DNA of 59,664 bases, counting the filler. It is 6 parts of 6 records of this genome, joined end to end, with 100 filler letters (N's around TTAATTAATTAA, not from the genome) between each part and the next. Parts side by side here need not be neighbours in the genome. Positions count along the whole stretch, not along the records: positions 16,180 to 40,459 come from SRR31147125_28713; 5 more parts are not named here. The stretch is one strand, 5' to 3'. The position numbers and the translations under genes were made by a program. Under the pieces are notes generated by a model. It worked only from the letters and a program-made list of their open reading frames with translations. It searched no databases and was not told where the DNA came from. Shown here one piece after another: positions 20,639 through 29,315 of the stretch; within the stretch, counting starts at the first letter, position 1; each line of letters begins with the position of its first letter.

Positions 20639-21972
20639 AGCAGTACAAAGTACAGGTCGGAGAAGATGGACGGCTGACATCAGAGCAGATTCTTGATCTC
20701 ATCGAGGAGCGGGAAGGTGAGGTTGCGGATCTGGACAACCTCAAGGCGTACTTCGAGGGGAAGAACCCCACGATCCTGGCCAAAGAGTCCGGGCAGAAGA
20801 TCGCTGTTCCATACGGGCGGACACTGACACTGATCACCGTAGGCTTCATGTACAAGCCCGGGCTGATCCGGTATGCCTTGCCTCCAGGTGATGAGAGCCA
20901 GAAAGACCTCATGGAGAAGCTCAAGGAGGCCTTTGAAGCCAACAGCGAGGAACAGCTCAACACTGAGCTTGGCCAGGATCAAACTGTGTATGGAGAATCC
21001 TATGAGCTCCACTACATGGACGAGGAGGCCGTGGAAAACTTCGCCCGGGTAACTCCCCAGGAGATCATCCCCGTCTATTCATACGACATCAAGCCGAAGC
21101 TGATTGCAGCGATTCGCTTCTACACGATCGAGATCGACGACGAGGACGTCCTCAAGGTTGAGGTCTACTACACGGACATTGTTCAGAAGTACACCGGCGA
21201 CGACCTTGGCAATCTGGATGAGGAAATCCCTCATCCTTACGGCACTGTTCCGATCGTTGTTTTCAAGAACAACTCGGAATCCATCGGGGATATTGAACCG
21301 ATCACCTCCATCATCGACGCCTATGACACTCTGGTGTCGGCCTATGTGGATGATGAGGAGAAATTCGCTGAGGCTGTCCTCCTGATGTTTGGAAGAACTC
21401 TGTCTGACGAGGATGTCGATAAGTTGGCAGAGCTTCGGATAATCGACGGCCTGGACAAGGAACACGATGAAATCCGGTACCTGACCAAGGACGAGAGCCA
21501 AAGCGCCCGGAAGGAGCTGATCGAACTTCTCCGGCAGGAGCTCTACCGACAGTCCTTTGTCCCGGATATGACCGATCCCTCCGTCCTGGGACAGAAATCA
21601 GGAGAAGCATTCCAATACCTGTTTGCTCTTTTCGAGTTGAAGGCCGCGGTAAAGGAATCTTACTTCTATCAAGGCCTCCGCCAGCGGATCCAGCTGACAA
21701 CCATGGGAGTCTACAATCCATCCGGAGAAGGGAAGGAGACCGACGCCATTCAGGTTGAGTTCTCCCGGAACCTGCCGAAAGACTCGGTGATGTGGGCCGG
21801 GATCGTACAAGATCTCTGGGGCATGCTGCCTGGTGCGACTCTCGTCAAGCTTCTGCCGTTTGTTGATGATCCCGAATCAGTCATCAAGGAGATGGAAGGA
21901 GAGCCTACTGGCGACGGCATGACCGCTGATGACGTCAAAGACGCCTACAACAAGGACGATGAGGCGGCGTGA
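20635..21972 (+). CDS. portal protein (SPP1 gp6-like)
   Basis: YGESYEL, H.YG.VPIV.F.NN, IDAYD, SGEA; follows TerL. Confidence 0.9.
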   Translation: MKQYKVQVGEDGRLTSEQILDLIEEREGEVADLDNLKAYFEGKNPTILAKESGQKIAVPYGRTLTLITVGFMYKPGLIRYALPPGDESQKDLMEKLKEAFEANSEEQLNTELGQDQTVYGESYELHYMDEEAVENFARVTPQEIIPVYSYDIKPKLIAAIRFYTIEIDDEDVLKVEVYYTDIVQKYTGDDLGNLDEEIPHPYGTVPIVVFKNNSESIGDIEPITSIIDAYDTLVSAYVDDEEKFAEAVLLMFGRTLSDEDVDKLAELRIIDGLDKEHDEIRYLTKDESQSARKELIELLRQELYRQSFVPDMTDPSVLGQKSGEAFQYLFALFELKAAVKESYFYQGLRQRIQLTTMGVYNPSGEGKETDAIQVEFSRNLPKDSVMWAGIVQDLWGMLPGATLVKLLPFVDDPESVIKEMEGEPTGDGMTADDVKDAYNKDDEAA

Positions 21973-23534
21973 AGCTCTTCGACGAACTCTACAATGATAT
22001 CCAGAGCGACCTCTTCAAACAGATGGCAGAGACCGAGACCGGAGTCATCAAGTCCTACAGAGTAGCCCTGGAGTCTGTGCAGCAGGATCTTGCTGCGTTG
22101 TACCGGAAGCATGCCTCCGACGGGAAGCTCTACTGGACAGAGATGAACCGCTACAAGCGACTGGCTGCCCTCGAGGAGAACATCCGGAAAGAATTGGGCA
22201 AGCAGCTGGCTAGCACCGACTCCTACATAGAAAGACAGACGATAGCCACGTTCAAGGACTCATTCCACCGGCATGCCTGGGCAATAGACCAAGATTCTGG
22301 CTTCGCTCACTCCTGGGGATCCCTGAACGACGACGCTATCGATAGTGTTATTCACTCTCCCTTGTCGAAATTCGCAGACTCGAGAGCTCTCGCAACAGCC
22401 AGGAGGGGAACTGTCGACAAGGTAAGGAACGAAATCACCCTTTCGCTGGTCCGCGGGGAGTCCTACAAGAAGATGAGCCAACGGATCGGCCAGGTGCTTG
22501 GATTCAACGAAAACAACCGGTTTGTGGACGCCGGAGCTGCCTACAAGTCTCTTAGAGTGGCCAGGACAGAGGGCCAGAGAGTCCTTGTAGAAGGGCAGCA
22601 GAGGTCATACGCCCGGGCCAAGGCCTTGGGTGTTGTGATTGAAGAAGTCTGGGATGCTGCCCTGGACGGGAAAACCCGACCGGAACACGGGGCCCTGGAC
22701 GGGAAGAAGAAGAACGCCGATGGCCTGTTCGAAACATCGGTTGGGCTGATCCCGGGGCCGATGCAGTCCGGGATTGCCTCCTTTGATATCCACTGCCGGT
22801 GCCGGATCCGGGCACAGATACCCGAATACCCGCCAGGCCAGAGGTATGTCCGCGGCGACGGAGTGAAGCCCTGGATCAACTACGATGAATGGAGACGAAG
22901 CCTTTCACAGAAAGGAAAAGCGATTTTGCCTGTAGATTCCAAGGCAAAGCAGGCTCTGAGCGGGATCCTCAAGCAGGTAGATGATGCGTTTAGCATCCCC
23001 GGAATCCCCGAAAAGGCGAGAGACATCTATGAGCGACACGGCCCCAATATAAACGTTTCGAAAACTACAAGGGTTTCTCACTGCATGGGTAAGGATGTCT
23101 ATCTCAACGAGAGGGTTTTGAAGAGCCCAGATGTGGGACATGTTGTACGTCATGAGTATGCTCACGCCTTCGATCATACGCTTGGATACTTCCAAGGATC
23201 GGCCCGCCAGAGCTTCATTGACGCAGCGAAGGCTGCAAATAGAACTGTCGGCCGGAGCGCAAAGGCCGCTGAAAAGCGGGCCCGTGTCATAGATTATGTC
23301 TACGAGAACAAGAACCACCGGGCACTATCTGATTTCATGGGCTCAATGACCAAAAACGCCATCGCTGGACGGTGGTCACATTCAAACGGCTACTATTTTG
23401 ACTACTCCAGGCGGACAGTTGAGATGTTTGCGAACCTATTCGACATGTATTGCACAGGAGATCACTGGGATTTCCTTACAGAGAACTTCAAAAACGTCGT
23501 CGATGAGTTTATGATTATTATTGGAGAAATCTAG
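21969..23534 (+). CDS. MuF/SPP1-gp7 minor head protein with C-terminal HEXXH metallopeptidase extension
   Basis: RVARTE, WDAALDGKTRPEH..LDG, IHCRC; then HEYAHAFDH and EMFA. Confidence 0.85.
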   Translation: MKLFDELYNDIQSDLFKQMAETETGVIKSYRVALESVQQDLAALYRKHASDGKLYWTEMNRYKRLAALEENIRKELGKQLASTDSYIERQTIATFKDSFHRHAWAIDQDSGFAHSWGSLNDDAIDSVIHSPLSKFADSRALATARRGTVDKVRNEITLSLVRGESYKKMSQRIGQVLGFNENNRFVDAGAAYKSLRVARTEGQRVLVEGQQRSYARAKALGVVIEEVWDAALDGKTRPEHGALDGKKKNADGLFETSVGLIPGPMQSGIASFDIHCRCRIRAQIPEYPPGQRYVRGDGVKPWINYDEWRRSLSQKGKAILPVDSKAKQALSGILKQVDDAFSIPGIPEKARDIYERHGPNINVSKTTRVSHCMGKDVYLNERVLKSPDVGHVVRHEYAHAFDHTLGYFQGSARQSFIDAAKAANRTVGRSAKAAEKRARVIDYVYENKNHRALSDFMGSMTKNAIAGRWSHSNGYYFDYSRRTVEMFANLFDMYCTGDHWDFLTENFKNVVDEFMIIIGEI

Positions 23535-23746
23535 TGGAGATATCTGACAGCACATTTGATATTCTCGAGAAGTATGCTGAAACCTTCCCAGGAGAGGGTA
23601 TAGGTACGCTCAGTCTACGGGAAGACATCTCCGAAACCGAGTTGGCAGCCTATGTATCCAAAGCGATCAAAAGCGGGAAGCCCATAGACGACCGTGACGA
23701 GACCATTTACACCGATTGGTGGAATGAAGATGGTACAGTCAACTGA
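23534..23746 (+). CDS. small acidic protein, candidate immunity protein
   Basis: 70 aa, overlaps the MuF stop codon. Confidence 0.6.
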   Translation: MEISDSTFDILEKYAETFPGEGIGTLSLREDISETELAAYVSKAIKSGKPIDDRDETIYTDWWNEDGTVN

Positions 23747-24008
23747 CGAACCCCTAAAACCTGAAGCACTACATGAGGATCTTCAAGAAAGTCTGACGAA
23801 CATGATGCAGGCTGCCACGTTTGCTGAGGGGATTTCCATGATCCCAACCAAGATAAAGGCCTTGGAGTCGAAGGAAGACCCTGGATTCCTGTTGGCAATA
23901 TGCTCTGAATACCATTTCTCGCTTTATCACCCTCTGGATGAAAACCGAATACCGCTGTTTGATGTGCTAGTAAACCAGGCCGGTGAGCTGGTAGACATGG
24001 CTGATTGA
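23730..24008 (+). CDS. hypothetical protein
   Basis: ORF coupled to the previous gene; acidic, helical. Confidence 0.45.
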   Translation: MVQSTDEPLKPEALHEDLQESLTNMMQAATFAEGISMIPTKIKALESKEDPGFLLAICSEYHFSLYHPLDENRIPLFDVLVNQAGELVDMAD

Positions 24009-24255
24009 TACGATTTTGGCCTCGTTTTCCCAAAACACGCCGAAGCTGAAACCCCGATAGACCAAAGCTAGAGACAATCGAATCTCCTCAATAGTGGCCA
24101 TTTCTTGGTCCTCGTCCACCAAAACAGTGCTTTGGCGGTTTTGTCATGTCTCGGCAAAATCTGCCGGGTTTCGTAGATAGGATGGAATTGGAACTGGGGG
24201 CCGTGCGCACCTGGGGCCAATAATCAACCGGGGCAGATGAACCGGGGGAGGACAT

Positions 24256-24885
24256 ATGGACAAATGGCTGATGAGCCTTTTGTACGGCGGGGTTTTCCTG
24301 CTGGACAAAGACGACGGAGGAGCCGCGGGCGGTGGGTCCAGTGACGACGATGAGTCTGATGATGATTCGGGGGACGATGGCGATAGCCAGGACGAGCCCA
24401 CGGAGCGTGAGAAGGAGCTCAGTGGCGAACTGGAGAAGAAAGAAGCCGAACTGGAGGCTCTGAAAAAGGACCGTGACGGCCAGAGCCGGAAGCTGACCGA
24501 ATTCCGAAAGGAATTCGATGAGTTCAAGAAAGCCCAGATGTCCGAAGAAGAGCGCATCAAGGCTGAAGATGCCGAAAGGCAGCAGAAAGCCAAGGAGGAG
24601 CAGGACAAGTTCCTCAATCAGTGCGTTTCCCTGGCCGCAGAAAAGGGCGGCATATCTGAAGAGGATCGATTCCTCCTGTCTGGGAACAGCCAGGACGAGA
24701 TCTTCAAGAAAGGCGACCGGCTGAAAGCTCTCTTGGACGAGAGAGAACAGGCCGGATATGAGAAGGCCAAGAAGGATCAGACCAAGGGATCCCCCCGGGA
24801 GGCGGTAAGCCTCCTCAGAAGAAAGAGGGTGAACTCGGCACGACCACCTTGGAATCGCTGGAAAACCTCAAATAGGAGGATATAG
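24256..24885 (+). CDS. capsid scaffolding protein
   Basis: Acidic Gly/Asp N-terminus and coiled coil, upstream of the MCP; probable C-run indel near 24795 (corrected stop 24875). Confidence 0.75.
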   Translation: MDKWLMSLLYGGVFLLDKDDGGAAGGGSSDDDESDDDSGDDGDSQDEPTEREKELSGELEKKEAELEALKKDRDGQSRKLTEFRKEFDEFKKAQMSEEERIKAEDAERQQKAKEEQDKFLNQCVSLAAEKGGISEEDRFLLSGNSQDEIFKKGDRLKALLDEREQAGYEKAKKDQTKGSPREAVSLLRRKRVNSARPPWNRWKTSNRRI

Positions 24886-26030
24886 ATGGCTGACAAACAG
24901 CTTTCCTATGACTATCAGAACTCCAAGCGCGATCTGAGTGATGTTCTCTCTCAGATGATCAAGGCTCTCCCGTTCCTGATCTCGCTGATCGTTCTCGGAA
25001 CCGCGGCGACCGCTACCAAGCACGAGTGGCTCGAAGATGAGCTGGCGCCGGTTTCTGGCACCCTCAACGGCGCTCACACCGATTCGGCGACCACCCTGAC
25101 TATGGATGATACCTCCGGCTTCGAAGTCGGTATGGTGCTCCGGTTCGAAACTGCAGCCGGCGTAACCGTCCTGGAACAGGCCCTTGTTACAGCTGTTGCA
25201 TCAGGTACTCAGCTCACTGTTACCCGCGGCTATGGCGGTACCACTGCCGTCGCTCTGACTGATAACAGTGTGGTGATTCCCGTCGCCAAACCCTGGCAGA
25301 AGCTACCGAACCTGGTTCCGATGCGGGCCGAGAGCCTTCGGTAGCCTATAACTACACCCAGATCTTCGACCGGGTTGCCAAGGTCTCCAAGACTGCCGAG
25401 GCCGTCAAGAAGTACGGCATCAGCTCTGCTCTGAACTACCAGGTGGATGTCCATATGCGGAATATCACCCGGGATATGAACAGCCAGCTGATCTTCGGCC
25501 GGCGCGTTGAGCGTACCGATTCGGCGAAAGGCTCCTTTGGTGGAATCATGCAGTTCATGGAAGGCGGCGTTGTTGATACCACCGGTGGCGATCTCTCCAT
25601 GGATATCATCAACAACATCTTCGAGTCCATCTTCGAAGAAGGCGGCATGAGTAACAAATACGCCATCTGTGTGGCTCCCAATCAGGCCCGGAATGTCTCG
25701 GCTCTGATGACCAAGGGCACCGTCCCGGCCAACCAGGCACTGGCGACCGCCGGTCACGCCGTCTCCAAGTTCGTCGGTGATATTCCCGCCTTCCAGGGCA
25801 ATCCCTATGAGGCCTTCATCGCGGTCGATCCCAACCTGCCCAAGGATCAGATCCAGGTTCTCGATCTGAATCGGATCAGCATGGTTCCCCTGACCGGTCG
25901 AGCCCTCACCGATGAGGATGCTACCCCCAACGGTGCTGACTACTACGCCAGGCGTCTCCTCGGCGAGTACACCCTCGAGGTGAAGAATGGCACCAAGGCC
26001 CACGGAAAGGCCACCGGCCTGAACGTGTAG
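24886..26030 (+). CDS. major capsid protein (SU10/DUF5309-like HK97 fold); frameshift near 25292
   Basis: KRDLSD, TKHEWLED, NYTQIF in the bridging frame, GEYTLEVKN..AHG; adding one C to AAACCC joins ORFs 24886 and 25443. Confidence 0.85.
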
Positions 26031-26037
26031 GAGGTTC

Positions 26038-26379
26038 ATGATGGTTTTCACTAACAACCAGAGCAAGACGGCGTCCTTTTCGTTTGAGGGTTCGAGGTAT
26101 CGCTGCACCAACGGTCGATTCAACACTACCGGCGTCCGGAACAAGAAAGGCCTCGAGGATTTCCTTAAAAAGAACCCCGCTTTCGAGGCCGTAAAAGAGA
26201 AGGAGCCTACTAAGAAGGCCCCAGTGACCGGTGGTGGACCTGATGATGGTCTGGGAGAGAAGTCTCTCGAGGAGCTTCAGCAGATCGCCATCGACGAGAA
26301 GGTGGATTCTCCCTCCGTGATTGAGCGGATCAAGGGAGAGGAAACCCTCATCGAGAAGATCCGGGAGGCCCGGGTGTGA
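26038..26379 (+). CDS. hypothetical phage head-region protein
   Basis: SD GGAGG; lies after the MCP. Confidence 0.6.
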   Translation: MMVFTNNQSKTASFSFEGSRYRCTNGRFNTTGVRNKKGLEDFLKKNPAFEAVKEKEPTKKAPVTGGGPDDGLGEKSLEELQQIAIDEKVDSPSVIERIKGEETLIEKIREARV

Positions 26380-26525
26380 AATACCTGATCCGGATATGCT
26401 GCCGGCTTGGATTCGTCGTATTCCAGGACGGCGCGTACCGGTTCTTGGGCGGGCGAAAGCTCAAACCCCAGGAGCTGTACTACGTAGAGCATGTCCGGAC
26501 CAAGTATGAAGTCCGGAGAACGTAG
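26376..26525 (+). CDS. small hypothetical protein (49 aa)
   Basis: GTGA overlap; MKYLIRICCRLGFVV... exactly fills the gap to the next gene. Confidence 0.4.
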   Translation: MKYLIRICCRLGFVVFQDGAYRFLGGRKLKPQELYYVEHVRTKYEVRRT

Positions 26526-26864
26526 ATGGCCATCATCACGGTTGAGGAATACAAAGCCCTGACGGGAATCAAGGGAATTGATTTGGACGACCAGATCCGG
26601 ATCCTTATCCCAGAAATTGAGGCTGACTATCTCCTCATTCGGAACAAGGCGTTTGACGGTACCGAGGAATCTCCTGAGTACCCAACCGGCGCCAAGATGA
26701 CCGCCGCGGAGATGATTTCCTTCAAAATCCAGAGTATCGACGGCAACGTTGGTACCTCTTCGGAGGCGGACGGGAAGTACTCACACTCCTACGATTTCCG
26801 GAAAACCCAAGGATACCCCACTTACATCGCAAAGAAGATCACCCGTTTTGCGAGTGCCAAATGA
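26526..26864 (+). CDS. head-tail connector/adaptor
   Basis: ITVEEYKALTGI...D.QI, SSE.DGKYS.SY; position. Confidence 0.75.
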   Translation: MAIITVEEYKALTGIKGIDLDDQIRILIPEIEADYLLIRNKAFDGTEESPEYPTGAKMTAAEMISFKIQSIDGNVGTSSEADGKYSHSYDFRKTQGYPTYIAKKITRFASAK

Positions 26865-27163
26865 GACACCTACTGAAAACGGATGTCGAAATCTGGGCCG
26901 AGATTGACCCAACTGGCGAATGGGGGGATACCGGATCCGAGTCCCTTGTGGACGAGGTGAAAGGAAGATTGGTCCCGGAATCATCCCGGGAGATATTTAG
27001 GAACGGTAAACCGGTGGGGATTGTGACCCATACGCTGTTTCTGGTCGGCACGACGATCACGGAAAGGAATTTCGTGAAGATCGATGGTGTTCGGTACGAG
27101 GTGATAGCTCCTCCTTTGGAGTACTCGAAGCATACCGAAGTGCCCTTGGAGAAGGCGGCATGA
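26861..27163 (+). CDS. head closure (stopper) protein
   Basis: IDGVRYEVI...HTEV.L; position. Confidence 0.7.
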   Translation: MRHLLKTDVEIWAEIDPTGEWGDTGSESLVDEVKGRLVPESSREIFRNGKPVGIVTHTLFLVGTTITERNFVKIDGVRYEVIAPPLEYSKHTEVPLEKAA

Positions 27164-27531
27164 AGTTTTACGACGGCACAGAGAGTGCGAAAGATGAGAT
27201 TGAGAAATCTCTGAAGAGGGCTCTCACAGCAGGCGCAATCATCATGGAGGGCAACATCATCTCCGAGACTCCAGTTGGCGACACTGGAATGCTGAAAGGA
27301 TCGAACACCCATTCAGTGAATGGTCTGGAGGCCGAGGTTTCAAACAGCGCCGTATATGCTCCCCGGGTGAACTACGGGTTCAAAGGAGCGGACATTCTGG
27401 GTCGGGTATTCAACCAGCCTCCGAATCCGTTCTTTCTCCGCGGGGCAAAGAGCTCTGAAGGACCTATATCAGGGGTCCTCCAGAAGGAACTCGGCAAGCC
27501 GATGAAAGTGGATTTCCGGGAGACCTCGTGA
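27160..27531 (+). CDS. HK97 gp10-like neck protein
   Basis: TPVGDTG.LK.S, YAPRVNYG, PNPF. Confidence 0.8.
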   Translation: MKFYDGTESAKDEIEKSLKRALTAGAIIMEGNIISETPVGDTGMLKGSNTHSVNGLEAEVSNSAVYAPRVNYGFKGADILGRVFNQPPNPFFLRGAKSSEGPISGVLQKELGKPMKVDFRETS

Positions 27532-27899
27532 TACCGGAGCAGGCTGCATACGAGTTCCTGAGGAGTCGGCCGGGAATCACGGCCGATGTGTATTTCGGGG
27601 AGGCCAAGCAGGGGGCGACTGAGCCGTATCTCATCGTCTACCCGATCCTCCCTGGCAGAGTGGGAGAGGTGAAAGCCTTTTTCCCAACACTTCAAATCAG
27701 CTGCTTCGAGGCTGACCAGTTCAAGGCGATTGAACTGGCAGACCTTGTTGTTGAAGAAACGGACGGGTACGTCGGGGCGATGAATTCCTCGGTGTATACC
27801 GATTCTTGTCATTCTGAGCGGCTCCAGCCAATCAGGAACGATGACGGGACTTGGATGGTCCCTGTCCAATTGAGGTTTTCTTACCTCAAGGAGGAATAG
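27528..27899 (+). CDS. tail terminator protein
   Basis: PYLIV, LQISCF; directly before the tail tube gene. Confidence 0.65.
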   Translation: MIPEQAAYEFLRSRPGITADVYFGEAKQGATEPYLIVYPILPGRVGEVKAFFPTLQISCFEADQFKAIELADLVVEETDGYVGAMNSSVYTDSCHSERLQPIRNDDGTWMVPVQLRFSYLKEE

Positions 27900-27901
27900 A
27901 G

Positions 27902-28702
27902 ATGGCATATGCTGGCGTACATGTCCCTGGCGGATGCACTGTAATGATTGGCGACGACGTGGCCTCCCTGGCCTCTGTTGGCGTAATTCCCGAAGATGCC
28001 AGTCCCGAAATCGGCATCACCTACGAACAGGTAAAGGTGAAGGGTTCCAAGAATGAGGATGTTCTGACCTATACCAAGAATATGAAGGCCGCGGCCAAGT
28101 TCTCCATCTACCAGATCCTGCTCGATAACTTGGCCAAGTTCGCAGACGGTTTGATGACCGTCACTACCCAGGCAGCCAGCGCTGTCACCGATCAGTCGCA
28201 GACGGTTCTTGCCGGATGGACTGCACAGCAGACGATTCTGTTGGAAGGTCAGAATGCGGACGGATCCGCGCCGACCATTACTGCTTCGGGCGATTCTTCC
28301 GGTCCTCTGACTGAGGATGACGACTTCTTCCTCGTAAGGGGGGCCAACGGCAAGTGGTACATCTATTTTGTCACAGATGGCAGCGCCACCTTGGCGACCA
28401 CTGAGGAAATCACCATTCTGGCCGATTTCACCCCTACGGCGTCCAAGAGAGCAACCATCGGTGCTCCTTCGGTGGAGATCACTCCTAAGGTTGTTCGGTT
28501 TGAGCTGGAACAGGGTGGAAAATACTTCCGGATTACCCTCTACAGCGCTTCCAACGAAGCTGGTCTCACCTTCGGGTTCCCTGCCTCTAGTGCTGACAAG
28601 CCGGCGTCCATGGACATCGAGCTGGCCGGTGGACTGGATTCCTCCAGGGCTTCCGGTGATCAGCTGGTAGAGATCTACGATGAAATCGGGATCGCTGCGT
28701 GA
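27902..28702 (+). CDS. major tail tube protein
   Basis: Beta-rich, strong SD GGAGG, position before chaperone and tape measure. Confidence 0.7.
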   Translation: MAYAGVHVPGGCTVMIGDDVASLASVGVIPEDASPEIGITYEQVKVKGSKNEDVLTYTKNMKAAAKFSIYQILLDNLAKFADGLMTVTTQAASAVTDQSQTVLAGWTAQQTILLEGQNADGSAPTITASGDSSGPLTEDDDFFLVRGANGKWYIYFVTDGSATLATTEEITILADFTPTASKRATIGAPSVEITPKVVRFELEQGGKYFRITLYSASNEAGLTFGFPASSADKPASMDIELAGGLDSSRASGDQLVEIYDEIGIAA

Positions 28703-29314
28703 TTGACCTGAACAAGGCCAAAGGCCGGGTGACGATAGAGATTCTCCTGGCCGACAAGACCTTCCGGATCTCCCGGGTCGTCACTGGGGTACGTCAGATG
28801 TACTCCGGCTGGATGGCCCGGACCGCGGAGGCTCTGGAAAAGGTCGATCAGCTCGGGATCGCCGATGGCGAGTCTCCTGAAGAGTATCAGGCCCGCGTCG
28901 AGCGGGTTACCAAAGAGATCGAGGAATTCGCCGATCACAAGCGGGATATCTACTTCAGGATGCTTGAACTCATTCTCACCAAGAACGACTACGAGATGGA
29001 CCGTAAATGGTGGGAAGAGAACACCGATGAGATCGACCAGCAGAAGTTCCTTGAGGCCTGTTTGACCAAGGACGCACCTGCGCAAAAAAAACGATGACGG
29101 GAAAAGGCTCGACTACGAAAAGTTAGCCGCCGTCTTCGGTAAGCACTGGGCCCATATTACACCTGACTATCTTGCGAATGAGATGGATATGGCGGATGTG
29201 AAGGATCGTGCTGCACTGCTTTCGAAGGAAGAGTGGAATTACTGTTGGGTCGGAGGCAACACCGACTATTCCAAGCTTGAAAAAGCCGGAGTTTTGAAGG
29301 TGAAGCGGGGATAG
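28699..29314 (+). CDS. tail assembly chaperone G (28699-29097) with frameshifted GT extension to 29314
   Basis: A8 run at 29084-29091 just before the stop; open alternative frame NDDGKRLDYEKLAAVF...KVKRG ends next to the tape measure start. Confidence 0.7.
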
Positions 29315-29315
29315 G

